A stretch of 64,000 nt of DNA from a virus (IMGVR_UViG_2823670853_000002); one strand, 5' to 3'. Positions 40,290-50,550 are shown, counted from the first letter of the stretch. Made by a program: numbers and translations. Notes: generated from the sequence alone by a model not told the origin.

Positions 40290-41486
40290 ATGAGTGATTC
40301 CAGCCAGCTTCACAAGGTTGCTCAAAGAGCAAATAGAATGCTCAATGTTCTGACTGAACAAGTACAGTTGCAAAAGGATGAGCTACACGCGAACGAGTTT
40401 TACCAGGTCTATGCGAAAGCGGCACTGGCAAAATTGCCTCTACTGACTCGAGCGAACGTTGACTATGCCGTAAGTGAAATGGAAGAAAAGGGCTATGTTT
40501 TCGATAAACGCCCTGCTGGCTCTTCAATGAAATATGCGATGTCAATTCAGAACATCATTGACATATATGAACATCGCGGAGTGCCAAAATACCGGGATCG
40601 CTACAGCGAAGCGTATGTGATTTTCATCTCCAATCTTAAAGGCGGTGTGTCAAAAACTGTATCGACGGTTTCTCTGGCGCATGCAATGCGTGCCCACCCT
40701 CATCTTCTGATGGAAGATTTAAGGATTCTGGTTATTGACCTTGATCCGCAATCTTCAGCAACGATGTTTTTAAGCCATAAACACTCTATTGGTATCGTAA
40801 ACGCAACATCTGCACAGGCTATGTTGCAGAATGTAAGCCGTGAAGAGCTGTTAGAGGAGTTTATTGTTCCTTCTGTTGTACCTGGGGTTGACGTTATGCC
40901 TGCGTCGATTGACGATGCCTTTATTGCATCCGATTGGAGAGAGCTGTGCAATGAGCATCTACCGGGTCAGAACATCCATGCTGTCCTGAAAGAAAATGTG
41001 ATTGATAAGCTGAAGAGCGATTATGACTTTATCCTCGTTGATAGTGGTCCTCACCTTGACGCCTTCCTGAAAAATGCTTTGGCCTCGGCCAATATACTGT
41101 TTACACCTCTGCCGCCAGCAACTGTCGATTTCCACTCATCGCTTAAATACGTTGCCCGCCTTCCTGAGTTGGTGAAACTCATTTCGGATGAAGGCTGCGA
41201 GTGCCAGCTTGCGACTAACATTGGTTTTATGTCCAAGTTGAGTAACAAGGCAGATCATAAGTATTGCCATAGCTTGGCTAAAGAAGTGTTCGGTGGGGAT
41301 ATGCTCGATGTCGTCCTCCCTCGCCTTGACGGTTTTGAACGCTGCGGCGAGTCTTTTGACACTGTTATTTCAGCTAACCCGGCAACGTATGTTGGTAGTG
41401 CTGATGCATTGAAGAACGCGCGAATTGCTGCGGAAGATTTTGCTAAAGCAGTTTTTGACCGTATTGAATTTATCAGATCTAACTGA
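40290..41486 (+). CDS. parA: Partition ATPase ParA (type Ia)
   Basis: 398 aa; N-terminal HTH extension plus deviant Walker A (NLKGGVSKT); same length as P1 ParA; preceded by a palindromic operator-like region. Confidence 0.9.
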   Translation: MSDSSQLHKVAQRANRMLNVLTEQVQLQKDELHANEFYQVYAKAALAKLPLLTRANVDYAVSEMEEKGYVFDKRPAGSSMKYAMSIQNIIDIYEHRGVPKYRDRYSEAYVIFISNLKGGVSKTVSTVSLAHAMRAHPHLLMEDLRILVIDLDPQSSATMFLSHKHSIGIVNATSAQAMLQNVSREELLEEFIVPSVVPGVDVMPASIDDAFIASDWRELCNEHLPGQNIHAVLKENVIDKLKSDYDFILVDSGPHLDAFLKNALASANILFTPLPPATVDFHSSLKYVARLPELVKLISDEGCECQLATNIGFMSKLSNKADHKYCHSLAKEVFGGDMLDVVLPRLDGFERCGESFDTVISANPATYVGSADALKNARIAAEDFAKAVFDRIEFIRSN

Positions 41487-41502
41487 GGAGTAAGAAACCC
41501 CC

Positions 41503-42504
41503 ATGTCAAAGAAAAACAGACCAACAATTGGGCGAACCCTTAATCCTTCAATATTAAGCGGATTTGATAGTTCTTCAGCCTCTGGCGATCGAGTCGAGCA
41601 GGTATTCAAGTTATCAACTGGTCGCCAGGCCACATTTATTGAAGAGGTAATACCTCCGAACCAGGTAGAAAGCGATACCTTTGTTGATCAGCATAACAAC
41701 GGGCGTGACCAGGCATCTCTTACGCCAAAATCATTAAAAAGTATCCGAAGCACTATTAAGCATCAGCAATTTTACCCTGCAATAGGTGTTAGACGGGCTA
41801 CAGGGAAAATTGAAATTTTGGATGGTTCCCGGCGTCGAGCTTCTGCCATCTTAGAGAACGTAGGGTTGCGGGTTTTAGTCACGGACCAGGAGATCAGCGT
41901 TCAGGAAGCGCAAAATTTAGCGAAAGACGTTCAGACAGCATTGCAGCACAGCATTCGAGAAATAGGTCTGCGTTTGATGCGAATGAAAAATGATGGGATG
42001 AGTCAGAAGGATATTGCAGCCAAAGAAGGGCTGTCTCAGGCGAAGGTCACGCGTGCTCTCCAGGCAGCGAGTGCTCCGGAAGAATTAGTCGCCCTTTTCC
42101 CTGTGCAGTCGGAATTAACCTTTTCGGACTACAAAACACTTTGTGCTGTTGGCGACGAAATGGGGAACAAGAATTTAGAGTTTGATCAGCTTATTCAAAA
42201 CATATCCCCGGAAATAAACGACATCTTATCCATTGAAGAAATGGCCGAAGATGAAGTTAAAAATAAAATCCTGCGCTTGATAACAAAGGAAGCCTCACTA
42301 CTCACGGATAAAGGTTCTAAAGATAAGTCCGTAGTTACTGAATTATGGAAATTTGAGGACAAGGATCGCTTTGCAAGGAAGCGCGTGAAAGGCCGTGCAT
42401 TTTCTTATGAGTTTAATCGACTTTCAAAAGAGCTACAGGAAGAACTCGACAGGATGATTGGGCATATCCTTAGAAAGAGCCTCGATAAAAAGCCGAAGCC
42501 TTAA
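41503..42504 (+). CDS. parB: Partition protein ParB
   Basis: 333 aa; ParB/Spo0J-like centre; directly followed by a parS with P1-type A and B boxes. Confidence 0.9.
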   Translation: MSKKNRPTIGRTLNPSILSGFDSSSASGDRVEQVFKLSTGRQATFIEEVIPPNQVESDTFVDQHNNGRDQASLTPKSLKSIRSTIKHQQFYPAIGVRRATGKIEILDGSRRRASAILENVGLRVLVTDQEISVQEAQNLAKDVQTALQHSIREIGLRLMRMKNDGMSQKDIAAKEGLSQAKVTRALQAASAPEELVALFPVQSELTFSDYKTLCAVGDEMGNKNLEFDQLIQNISPEINDILSIEEMAEDEVKNKILRLITKEASLLTDKGSKDKSVVTELWKFEDKDRFARKRVKGRAFSYEFNRLSKELQEELDRMIGHILRKSLDKKPKP

Positions 42505-42508
42505 ACTT

Positions 42509-42591
42509 TCGCCATTCAAATTTCACTATTAAACTACTGTTTTTAAAGTAAATCCCTCTAAAATTTCAAGGTGAAATCGCCACGATTTCAC
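42509..42591. other. parS: Partition site parS (heptamer A boxes and hexamer B boxes around an AT-rich IHF-like core)
   Basis: B box TCGCCA (42509, 42577), A box ATTTCAC (42520, 42585) and its complement GTGAAAT (42571), arranged as in P1 parS. Confidence 0.75.
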
Positions 42592-42708
42592 CTTGGATTT
42601 TACCTTCCTCCCCTACTCCCGAAAAAAATAAAAAAATTGCTTGTCACGAGAAAGTCAACAAGTGACTTTCAATAAAATCTCTTCCGAAAAGGGATTCACA
42701 CAAGTGCC

Positions 42709-44436
42709 TTGTGTTTAAGGAAGAGTAAATTGAGTAACTTACGCGAATACCAGAATCGTATTGCAGATATCGCAAAACGCTCTAAAGCTGTGCTTGGCTG
42801 GGCAAGCACTGCGCAGTTCGGTACTGATAACCAATTCATTAAAGATGATGCCGCGCGTGCCGCATCTATCCTTGAAGCTGCACGTAAAGACCCGGTTTTT
42901 GCGGGTATCTCTGATAATGCCACCGCTCAAATCGCTACAGCGTGGGCAAGTGCACTGGCTGACTACGCCGCAGCACATAAATCTATGCCGCGTCCGGAAA
43001 TTCTGGCCTCCTGCCACCAGACGCTGGAAAACTGCCTGATTGAGTCCACCCGCAATAGCATGGATGCCACTAATAAAGCGATGCTGGAATCCGTCGCAGC
43101 AGAGATGATGAGCGTTTCTGACGGTGTTATGCGTCTGCCTTTATTCCTCGCGATGATCCTGCCTGTTCAGTTGGGGGCAGCTACCGCTGATGCGTGTACC
43201 TTCATTCCGGTTACGCGTGACCAGTCCGACATCTATGAAGTCTTTAACGTGGCAGGTTCCTCTTTTGGTTCTTATGCTGCTGGTGATGTTCTGGACATGC
43301 AATCCGTCGGTGTGTACAGCCAGTTACGTCGCCGCTATGTGCTGGTGGCAAGCTCCGATGGCACCAGCAAAACCGCAACCTTCAAGATGGAAGACTTCGA
43401 AGGCCAGAATGTACCAATCCGAAAAGGTCGCACTAACATCTACGTTAACCGTATTAAGTCTGTTGTTGATAACGGTTCCGGCAGCCTACTTCACTCGTTT
43501 ACTAATGCTGCTGGTGAGCAAATCACTGTTACCTGCTCTCTGAACTACAACATTGGTCAGATTGCCCTGTCGTTCTCCAAAGCGCCGGATAAAGGCACTG
43601 AGATCGCAATTGAGACGGAAATCAATATTGAAGCCGCTCCTGAGCTGATCCCGCTGATCAACCACGAAATGAAGAAATACACCCTGTTCCCAAGTCAGTT
43701 CGTTATCGCGGCTGAGCACACGGTACAGGCGGCGTATGAAGCACAGCGTGAATTTGGTCTGGACCTGGGTTCCCTACAGTTCCGCACCCTGAAGGAATAC
43801 CTGTCTCATGAACAGGATATGCTGCGTCTTCGCATCATGATCTGGCGCACTCTTGCGACCGACACCTTTGACATCGCTCTGCCGGTTAACCAGTCCTTTG
43901 ATGTATGGGCAACCATTATTCGTGGCAAATTCCAGACTGTATATCGCGACATTATTGAGCGCGTTAAATCTTCTGGTGCGATGGGGATGTTTGCTGGTGC
44001 TGATGCAGCATCTTTCTTCAAACAGTTGCCGAAGGATTTCTTCCAGCCAGCCGAAGACTATATCCAGACTCCGTATGTTCACTACATCGGTACCCTGTTC
44101 GGTAACGTGAAAGTGTACGAAGTACCTGCTGGTATTTGTAAGAACTTAACGACAGAGAACATTCAGTTCAGCTCGATGGATGTGCTGTGCTACGTCCGTG
44201 ATGAAAATCCGGGTAAAGCAGGCTTCGTGACTGGTGATGCTGTCCCGGCGATCCCGTTCCAGCATCCGACCACTCCGGCGCTGGTCAACCGTACCACACT
44301 GTGGGGTTCGGCTATCAACGATATGCACCCACGCAACGGCGCTGATTACTTCACTCGTGTAACGCTGACAATGGCCAAAAAAGGCGGGCTTAACTTCATA
44401 AGCGGCGACACGATTGATGCCGGTGACTCTGAGTAA
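42709..44436 (+). CDS. Putative major head protein (start probably TTG at 42730)
   Basis: 575-aa frame; AGGA RBS fits a TTG start at 42730 (MSNLREYQ...); first gene after parS, consistent with the P1 head gene 23 position. Confidence 0.5.
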   Translation: MCLRKSKLSNLREYQNRIADIAKRSKAVLGWASTAQFGTDNQFIKDDAARAASILEAARKDPVFAGISDNATAQIATAWASALADYAAAHKSMPRPEILASCHQTLENCLIESTRNSMDATNKAMLESVAAEMMSVSDGVMRLPLFLAMILPVQLGAATADACTFIPVTRDQSDIYEVFNVAGSSFGSYAAGDVLDMQSVGVYSQLRRRYVLVASSDGTSKTATFKMEDFEGQNVPIRKGRTNIYVNRIKSVVDNGSGSLLHSFTNAAGEQITVTCSLNYNIGQIALSFSKAPDKGTEIAIETEINIEAAPELIPLINHEMKKYTLFPSQFVIAAEHTVQAAYEAQREFGLDLGSLQFRTLKEYLSHEQDMLRLRIMIWRTLATDTFDIALPVNQSFDVWATIIRGKFQTVYRDIIERVKSSGAMGMFAGADAASFFKQLPKDFFQPAEDYIQTPYVHYIGTLFGNVKVYEVPAGICKNLTTENIQFSSMDVLCYVRDENPGKAGFVTGDAVPAIPFQHPTTPALVNRTTLWGSAINDMHPRNGADYFTRVTLTMAKKGGLNFISGDTIDAGDSE

Positions 44437-44496
44437 TCAGGGGAAGTTCTCCGTTTAACATAGCGCCCCCGTGCGGGGCGCATAACAGGGAAAGTT

Positions 44497-46086
44497 ATGT
44501 CTCAATATTCAATTCAACAGTCATTAGGTAATGCATCCGGCGTCGCGGTTAGCCCGATCAATGCCGATGCGACGTTATCTACCGGTGTTGCATTAAATAG
44601 CAGCTTGTGGGCTGGTATTGGCGTATTTGCGCGTGGCAAGCCGTTTACTGTTCTCGCTGTTACTGAGTCCAATTACGAAGATGTTCTCGGCGAACCGCTG
44701 AAACCGTCTTCCGGCTCACAGTTCGAACCAATTCGTCATGTGTACGAAGCTATTCAGCAAACGTCTGGTTATGTTGTTCGTGCTGTTCCGGATGATGCGA
44801 AATTCCCGATTATTATGTTCGATGAATCAGGCGAACCAGCTTACAGTGCGTTGCCATACGGTTCTGAAATTGAACTTGATAGCGGCGAAGCCTTTGCTAT
44901 CTACGTTGATGATGGTGATCCGTGTATTTCACCTACCCGTGAGTTAACCATCGAAACGGCAACAGCGGACAGCGCGGGTAATGAACGCTTCCTCTTAAAA
45001 CTGACCCAGACGACTTCGCTCGGCGTGGTAACGACCCTGGAGACACACACTGTGTCTTTGGCGGAAGAAGCGAAAGATGACATGGGCCGCTTGTGTTATC
45101 TGCCTACGGCTCTGGAAGCCCGTTCTAAATATCTGCGCGCGGTTGTTAATGAAGAGCTGATTTCGACAGCGAAAGTAACAAACAAAAAATCGTTGGCGTT
45201 CACTGGCGGTACCAACGGCGATCAGTCGAAAATCTCAACCGCTGCGTACCTGCGTGCGGTTAAAGTGCTGAATAATGCGCCGTACATGTACACCGCTGTT
45301 CTTGGCCTGGGCTGCTATGACAATGCGGCTATCACCGCATTAGGTAAAATCTGTGCAGATCGCCTGATTGATGGCTTCTTTGATGTCAAACCGACATTGA
45401 CGTACACGGAAGCGATCTCTGCTGTTGAAGATACCGGTTTACTTGGTACCGATTATGTAAGCTGTGCTGTCTATCACTACCCGTTCTCCTGCAAAGACAA
45501 ATGGACCCAATCCCGTGTGGTCTTTGGTCTGTCTGGCGTGGCGTATGCGGCGAAAGCTCGTGGCGTCAAGAAAAACTCTGATGTCGGCGGTTGGCATTAC
45601 TCACCGGCTGGTGAAGAACGTGCCGTCATTGCTCGTGCGTCAATTCAACCGCTGTATCCGGAAGATACCCCGGACGAAGAAGCAATGGTCAAGGGCCGTC
45701 TCAATAAAGTATCTGTTGGCACCTCTGGCCAGATGATCATCGACGATGCTTTAACTTGCTGCACGCAGGATAACTATCTGCACTTCCAGCACGTCCCATC
45801 CCTGATGAATGCAATCAGCCGTTTCTTTGTCCAGTTAGCCCGACAGATGAAGCATAGCCCGGACGGTATTACTGCGGCTGGCCTGACTAAAGGGATGACC
45901 AAACTTTTAGATCGCTTTGTCGCCTCCGGCGCTCTGGTGGCTCCTCGTGATCCTGATGCTGACGGTACAGAACCGTATGTGCTGAAAGTTACGCAGGCGG
46001 AATTCGATAAATGGGAAGTAGTCTGGGCCTGCTGCCCGACTGGCGTAGCCCGTCGTATCCAGGGCGTACCGCTGCTTATTAAGTAA
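44497..46086 (+). CDS. Contractile tail sheath protein
   Basis: 529 aa; size and conserved sheath-like central region (…LAFTGGTNGD…); follows the head gene as P1 gene 22 does. Confidence 0.7.
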   Translation: MSQYSIQQSLGNASGVAVSPINADATLSTGVALNSSLWAGIGVFARGKPFTVLAVTESNYEDVLGEPLKPSSGSQFEPIRHVYEAIQQTSGYVVRAVPDDAKFPIIMFDESGEPAYSALPYGSEIELDSGEAFAIYVDDGDPCISPTRELTIETATADSAGNERFLLKLTQTTSLGVVTTLETHTVSLAEEAKDDMGRLCYLPTALEARSKYLRAVVNEELISTAKVTNKKSLAFTGGTNGDQSKISTAAYLRAVKVLNNAPYMYTAVLGLGCYDNAAITALGKICADRLIDGFFDVKPTLTYTEAISAVEDTGLLGTDYVSCAVYHYPFSCKDKWTQSRVVFGLSGVAYAAKARGVKKNSDVGGWHYSPAGEERAVIARASIQPLYPEDTPDEEAMVKGRLNKVSVGTSGQMIIDDALTCCTQDNYLHFQHVPSLMNAISRFFVQLARQMKHSPDGITAAGLTKGMTKLLDRFVASGALVAPRDPDADGTEPYVLKVTQAEFDKWEVVWACCPTGVARRIQGVPLLIK

Positions 46087-46095
46087 GGGAATACA

Positions 46096-46911
46096 ATGAG
46101 CAAAAACTTTTTTCAATCCGGGGCATTTTTGGGGAATGGACTGTCTCGTTTCGCTTTGAACTCTGATCCTGTGCAGCTGATGGAGTCTGCCCGAGCAAGC
46201 GCTGAACCGCCAACAGATCCGGTTATTAATAATAATCCGGAACCGGCGGCACAGACTAACGATAACGTTCCATCTGCCCAGGCTCCTGAGCAAATCCTGG
46301 AAGGGAAAGACGGTAAAGAATGGACCGTCGAACAGGCGCACCAGATGATTCTGGAAGCTGCAAATCGAAGTGCTATGCAAAATGCGTTGAGTGATGCGGC
46401 CGACGCCGTTTTCGCCTGGGCTGATAGCGGTGATCTGACTTTCGACTCCCTTGATGGTTTCGTTCAGGCTATCGCTGGTATCTCTGATGACGACGACTCC
46501 GAAGTTACAGAAGAACAGGACGATGCCTATAACGAAGCATGGGCAAATGTTGCTGACTTCCTCGCAGCATGCGGTGTAGATGATGACCTGATCGAAGCAC
46601 TGGCTGACGATGAAGACGACGACGCAGCTGCTGATGTTGGTGCCTCTATCGCTGGTTTAGATAGCGACGACCGCGACGAACTGGAAGCGGCGTTTGTTGT
46701 TGCTGGCACTTCTGATGAAATGCTGACTGAAGCATTTAAGAAGGTTGTTCGTAACGGTGAGATCAAACTCATCCGTAAACGCCTGCGTAAAAAACGTCTG
46801 ACTGCGGCTCAAAAATCGGCGCTGAAAAAAGCGCGTCGAAAAGCCCAGACCGGCGCGGCAAAACTTGCCCGCAAAAAGTCAATGAAACTGCGCCGTAAGC
46901 GCCTTGGCTAA
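46096..46911 (+). CDS. Acidic protein with Lys/Arg-rich C-terminal tail (virion-associated?)
   Basis: 271 aa; highly acidic middle (DDDDSEVTEEQDD...), C-terminus KLIRKRLRKKRL...RRKAQ...RRKRLG. Confidence 0.35.
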   Translation: MSKNFFQSGAFLGNGLSRFALNSDPVQLMESARASAEPPTDPVINNNPEPAAQTNDNVPSAQAPEQILEGKDGKEWTVEQAHQMILEAANRSAMQNALSDAADAVFAWADSGDLTFDSLDGFVQAIAGISDDDDSEVTEEQDDAYNEAWANVADFLAACGVDDDLIEALADDEDDDAAADVGASIAGLDSDDRDELEAAFVVAGTSDEMLTEAFKKVVRNGEIKLIRKRLRKKRLTAAQKSALKKARRKAQTGAAKLARKKSMKLRRKRLG

Positions 46912-46946
46912 AGGAGGAGGCCGGGGAACTCCGGCCTTTAACTTGA

Positions 46947-47528
46947 ATGGCTCCTATAGCTTATGGGGTTTACAGCCAGGCTGACGGTGTATCGCCATAT
47001 CTGAAAGTTACTTTAACGAACTCTCAGTACCAGGTTACCGGATATATCAGCCAGGGAGCGGCAATGAACATGGCCCAGAATTGGGAAGCGCCGTTTACCG
47101 GTATGTCCATGGGATCTGTTTCTGGTGCTCTGGGTGGTTTTGTGCAAGTAGGTACTGAAACAACGTCGGTTGCCCGTTGGAATAGCTTAATGGTTTGGGA
47201 AGGGGGGACTCCGCCGACGTTCACGCTGCCTGTAACTTTCATTGCTTTGAACAATCCATTCATTGAAGTTTCAGGCGCTATCGCCGCGTTGACAGCCATG
47301 ATTAGCCCGGAACTAAAAGCGGCCAATGTTGGTGGTCGAATCCCGGAGCGCGTGACGCTAAACATTGGTCGCCGGATCAACATCACCGATGTCGCTATCC
47401 AGGACTTAAGTTTTGATCTCGATGCGCCAAGGGACAGTAATGGATATTTCCTGAAAAACACCGTCAACCTCCAGTTGACCGGTTCTTCGATATATAACAG
47501 CTCCGATATTGTTCGGGCGTTCCAGTAA
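46947..47528 (+). CDS. Putative tail tube-like protein
   Basis: 193 aa downstream of sheath; assignment by position and size only. Confidence 0.35.
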   Translation: MAPIAYGVYSQADGVSPYLKVTLTNSQYQVTGYISQGAAMNMAQNWEAPFTGMSMGSVSGALGGFVQVGTETTSVARWNSLMVWEGGTPPTFTLPVTFIALNNPFIEVSGAIAALTAMISPELKAANVGGRIPERVTLNIGRRINITDVAIQDLSFDLDAPRDSNGYFLKNTVNLQLTGSSIYNSSDIVRAFQ

Positions 47529-47539
47529 AAGGATTTTAT

Positions 47540-48049
47540 ATGGGGCACAATAACACTAAGGGAAACCGTAAATTTATTAAGGGCCGCTATACTGCCAACG
47601 CGGCCAAAGGCGAACGACTGGTATCTTCTGAATTCCAGCTCACTTTTGCAGGCCATGAAGATATCAGCGTACTGGTTCGCACGTCGCAAATCCCTGAAAT
47701 GACTCGCGAGGATGTGGAGGACTATGGTCCGAATGGTGTGAAGTTCAACCAGCACGGACCAATTCGAAACTCTGGGGAAATCCAGGTCCAGTGCGTGGAG
47801 ACTATCGAAGGCGATATTCTTCAGTTCATCAAGGATCGCATTGCGGCGAAGGACTATGTTGATATCACGATGGCTGCGACCCCTGAATCCAAATCTTCCG
47901 GGGTTAACGCTGTGACAAAAGCTGCTACAACAATTGAAATGTTGGACTGCAAAATCTACAGTGATGCAATCGACTTTAGTACCGAAGATGTGACTGCCGC
48001 TGTGCGCCCGTCACTTCGTATCGTCTACAACTGGATTGAGTGGGATTAA
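47540..48049 (+). CDS. Hypothetical tail-module protein
   Basis: 169-aa ORF ending at a bidirectional terminator. Confidence 0.35.
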   Translation: MGHNNTKGNRKFIKGRYTANAAKGERLVSSEFQLTFAGHEDISVLVRTSQIPEMTREDVEDYGPNGVKFNQHGPIRNSGEIQVQCVETIEGDILQFIKDRIAAKDYVDITMAATPESKSSGVNAVTKAATTIEMLDCKIYSDAIDFSTEDVTAAVRPSLRIVYNWIEWD

Positions 48050-48067
48050 GAGTCATCCCTTGTATTT

Positions 48068-48093
48068 TAAAGCTCCTTCGGGAGCTTTTTTAT
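48068..48093. terminator. Rho-independent terminator (bidirectional) between tail block and hok locus
   Basis: AGCTCC-TTCG-GGAGCT hairpin followed by TTTTTTA and preceded by TTTTAAA. Confidence 0.55.
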
Positions 48094-48165
48094 TTGGAGA
48101 GGAAAGGGTGCATTGAGGATACCTGACACACGAAGAGTGACGGGGATCTCTCCCCGCCAGGTCTC

Positions 48166-48321
48166 TTACCTTTCAGATTCGTAGGCTGTGAAGACAGTGA
48201 CCTCCGTCTGGCCGGTTCGGATTCGTACCTCGCAGAGGTCTTTCCTCGTTACCAGTGCCGTCACAATGACGGTTAAACAGATGACGATCAGAGCGATTAA
48301 CATCGCTTTTTGCTGCTTCAT
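48166..48321 (-). CDS. hok: Hok/Gef-family type I toxin (51 aa), unlisted short ORF
   Basis: MKQQKAMLIALIVICLTVIVTALVTRKDLCEVRIRTGQTEVTVFTAYESER matches the Hok pattern (…LTRKSLCEIRYRDG.REVAAFMAYES…). Confidence 0.8.
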   Translation of the reverse strand: MKQQKAMLIALIVICLTVIVTALVTRKDLCEVRIRTGQTEVTVFTAYESER

Positions 48322-48379
48322 AGCCTGCTTCTCCTTGACCTTTTGGTCGGTAAGAGGCTAATCTACGTATGCTAAGCAT
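48173..48379 (-). CDS. mok: Mok-like overlapping reading frame
   Basis: 68-aa ORF starting upstream of hok and overlapping it completely in another frame, as mok does in hok/sok loci. Confidence 0.5.
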   Translation of the reverse strand: MLSIRRLASYRPKGQGEAGYEAAKSDVNRSDRHLFNRHCDGTGNEERPLRGTNPNRPDGGHCLHSLRI

Positions 48380-48430
48380 AGATATGGCCTCAGATTAATG
48401 TTAAGCGTCTTGCAGGACGCGTAATGTTAT
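48371..48430 (+). ncRNA. sok: Predicted Sok-like antisense RNA (position inferred, not resolved)
   Basis: Plus-strand promoter-like TTGACC (48335) N18 TAATCT (48359) would drive a short transcript antisense to the mok start/leader; hairpin GCGTC-TTGCAG-GACGC at 48404-48419. Confidence 0.3.
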
Positions 48431-48502
48431 CTGGGGCTTTCTTCTATCTGCTTTTCGGGTAATGCCTGAAGCAGATAGCCTCAAGCACCCGCAACGATTG
48501 TA

Positions 48503-48748
48503 TCAATGTCTGGCTTTTTTTCTATAGAAATCACCAGGAAGGGTGAATATCCACATCAGAAGAAATGTTGCAGCAAACATGATCCCTAATGGCCAGACCG
48601 CGCCAAAGAAAATCCATACTAAGATCTCCTCTGCTCGTTCTTTGCGGTCGATATCGACAAGCATTTTTCGGCTGATCATGTATACACAGAAGCCAATACA
48701 AACATATCCTGCAAAAGCGATCGCTAACTGTAAAAAATCAGATTGCAT
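48503..48748 (-). CDS. Small membrane protein
   Basis: ~81 aa from internal Met (MQSDFLQLAIAFAGYVCIGFCVY...), three hydrophobic segments; longer frame would overlap repL. Confidence 0.35.
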   Translation of the reverse strand: MQSDFLQLAIAFAGYVCIGFCVYMISRKMLVDIDRKERAEEILVWIFFGAVWPLGIMFAATFLLMWIFTLPGDFYRKKARH

Positions 48749-48798
48749 CTCCGACCTCAAACTGAAAACGCCAGGTGACTCCAGATTAGAGCAATCTA

Positions 48799-49644
48799 TC
48801 ACCCTCTGAATCCTGCCGGTATACCCCATTGTTCGTTATCTTTATTTTTGGCTAAAACCGCATTAAGAGCTTCGTTTACCGTCATGCAATGCGGCAGATT
48901 ATCGAAGTTTGATATCCCGCCAATATCAGGAGAACGCTTGTTCTTCAGGTAAGCATATTTCCGCGCTGTCGCCTCTACTTTCTGCTTGAACTCATGTTTT
49001 TGAGCGCGTTTTTTGGATAACCGCAGATTGTCAGCCTTTGCTTTTGCCTCAGCGATCCATGAAGTCAGTTTTTTGAGGCTGCTCGTTCCGGCACCGCCGG
49101 AAACTGATCTTTTTGTTTTTTTAATTTGTGACTTCTTATTCTTTATTGCCACGTCATCCTGACAGGGGGAGGGGGTATCATTTTGACATGGGGGTGTGGA
49201 TAAAAAATCAAATAAAGCCAATGTCTTAGCGAGAACAGCTTTAACCTTGGTTGCGGCTGAAGAGATCTTTAATTTGCTTTCAATTAGCGCATTTTTGGCT
49301 TGTTGAGCAAAGGCTAAAAAGGATGGTGTAAACCGGTACAGGTTAGCGCGGCGTTCACGGTGATCGCCGATAACAATCTCTACAGACAGGATTCCTTTGT
49401 TTACAGCTTCACGGAATGCACGAACGACGGTTGATTGGCTATAACCAGTTTCTGCCGCGATCAGGCGGTGAGGCTTGTGAATGAAGTATTCACAGGTTGT
49501 TGCCGCGAGATTTGCACATTGCGATAGGATATGCCCGGCGCTACGGGATAGACCGGAGTGTGTTACAAAGCAGGCCAATTCATAGCCAGAAAAAGTAAAA
49601 TCGCTCATCGTTATACAGCTCAGGAAAGTGACTTTAGCCAGCAT
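48799..49644 (-). CDS. repL: Lytic replication protein RepL-like
   Basis: 281 aa; winged-helix-like N-terminal region, basic serine-rich middle; downstream of kilA in a C1-operator-controlled operon, as P1 repL. Confidence 0.6.
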   Translation of the reverse strand: MLAKVTFLSCITMSDFTFSGYELACFVTHSGLSRSAGHILSQCANLAATTCEYFIHKPHRLIAAETGYSQSTVVRAFREAVNKGILSVEIVIGDHRERRANLYRFTPSFLAFAQQAKNALIESKLKISSAATKVKAVLAKTLALFDFLSTPPCQNDTPSPCQDDVAIKNKKSQIKKTKRSVSGGAGTSSLKKLTSWIAEAKAKADNLRLSKKRAQKHEFKQKVEATARKYAYLKNKRSPDIGGISNFDNLPHCMTVNEALNAVLAKNKDNEQWGIPAGFRG

Positions 49645-49673
49645 TACAATGCTGGTGGTTCTTACTACGTCTG

Positions 49674-50474
49674 TTAGCGCGTAGCCGCGACAGGTACCAG
49701 CACACCAGCATCAAGCAATCGCTTCATTAGCCACTGCTGACCTTTGCCGGTTATACGAGTCGTGAAAGAAATCCTGCTTCCGTTGCTTGTATCGATCACG
49801 GTTTCTTTGAGGGTGAAGTACCCACGGGATATGTATTCTTGTTTGGGGACGTTCCTGCGTTCACCGGTTGCGATCAGAATTCCGTTATCACGCAACCAGG
49901 TGAAGAGATAGTTTTGGCCCAGGCCGAGCACTTTGGCATAGTTGCCGATTAGAACCCCGCTGGCGGTAGCAACGCGTTCGGCGAATTCGACTTTAGGTGC
50001 ATCCATAAGCATTTTTTGCTCCAGCCGTTGCTTTTGCTCTGCCAGGTCGGCAGCCAAACGGAGAGCTTCTGGGAGGCTCTTCGGAATAGCAGGTTGTAAT
50101 CTTCCAGCTCGATAGTCGATAAATGTCTGGTTTACCTTCAGCCGAAACGCGGGAGAAATCCAGCCTGCGTACTCCACAGCGAGCAATTCATGGGCAAAAG
50201 TGCCGCCGCCACGGCCTTCGAACGAAACTATGCAATTCTGCATAGTTTCTTTTTCAAGCTCTTCGATGAGCTGTTTGGCTGACAGCGTTCTTAGCCATTG
50301 AGCTGGCGCTTTATGGGCACCGAGTCCGCTCGCTCTGTGTAGAGCATTAAGGTTGTAACGGCCAGCGCGGTCGGTCGTAATTTCAACACCACAAATAACA
50401 GGCAGAGTGGTTGAAGGATCGACATTTTGATGAAGGTTTGATATATTCATATCCGCATTGAATGTTTGTTGCAT
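49674..50474 (-). CDS. kilA: KilA (KilA-N domain with antirepressor-like C-terminal domain)
   Basis: 266 aa; C-terminal ~110 aa are highly similar to the Ant C-terminus (PKVEFAERVATASGVLIGNYAKV... vs PKVDFADRVSVANGILIGNFAKV...). Confidence 0.65.
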   Translation of the reverse strand: MQQTFNADMNISNLHQNVDPSTTLPVICGVEITTDRAGRYNLNALHRASGLGAHKAPAQWLRTLSAKQLIEELEKETMQNCIVSFEGRGGGTFAHELLAVEYAGWISPAFRLKVNQTFIDYRAGRLQPAIPKSLPEALRLAADLAEQKQRLEQKMLMDAPKVEFAERVATASGVLIGNYAKVLGLGQNYLFTWLRDNGILIATGERRNVPKQEYISRGYFTLKETVIDTSNGSRISFTTRITGKGQQWLMKRLLDAGVLVPVAATR

Positions 50475-50533
50475 TTTTTCTCCAAATTTGCATCAACCTT
50501 CAATCACCAGCTCGAAATGGTGATTCTTTGCAC

Positions 50534-50550
50534 TTAGAAAACGAAATTTA
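50534..50550 (-). promoter_or_regulatory. C1 repressor operator-like site upstream of kilA-repL
   Basis: Reverse complement TTTGCTCTAATAAATTT, 16 of 17. Confidence 0.6.
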
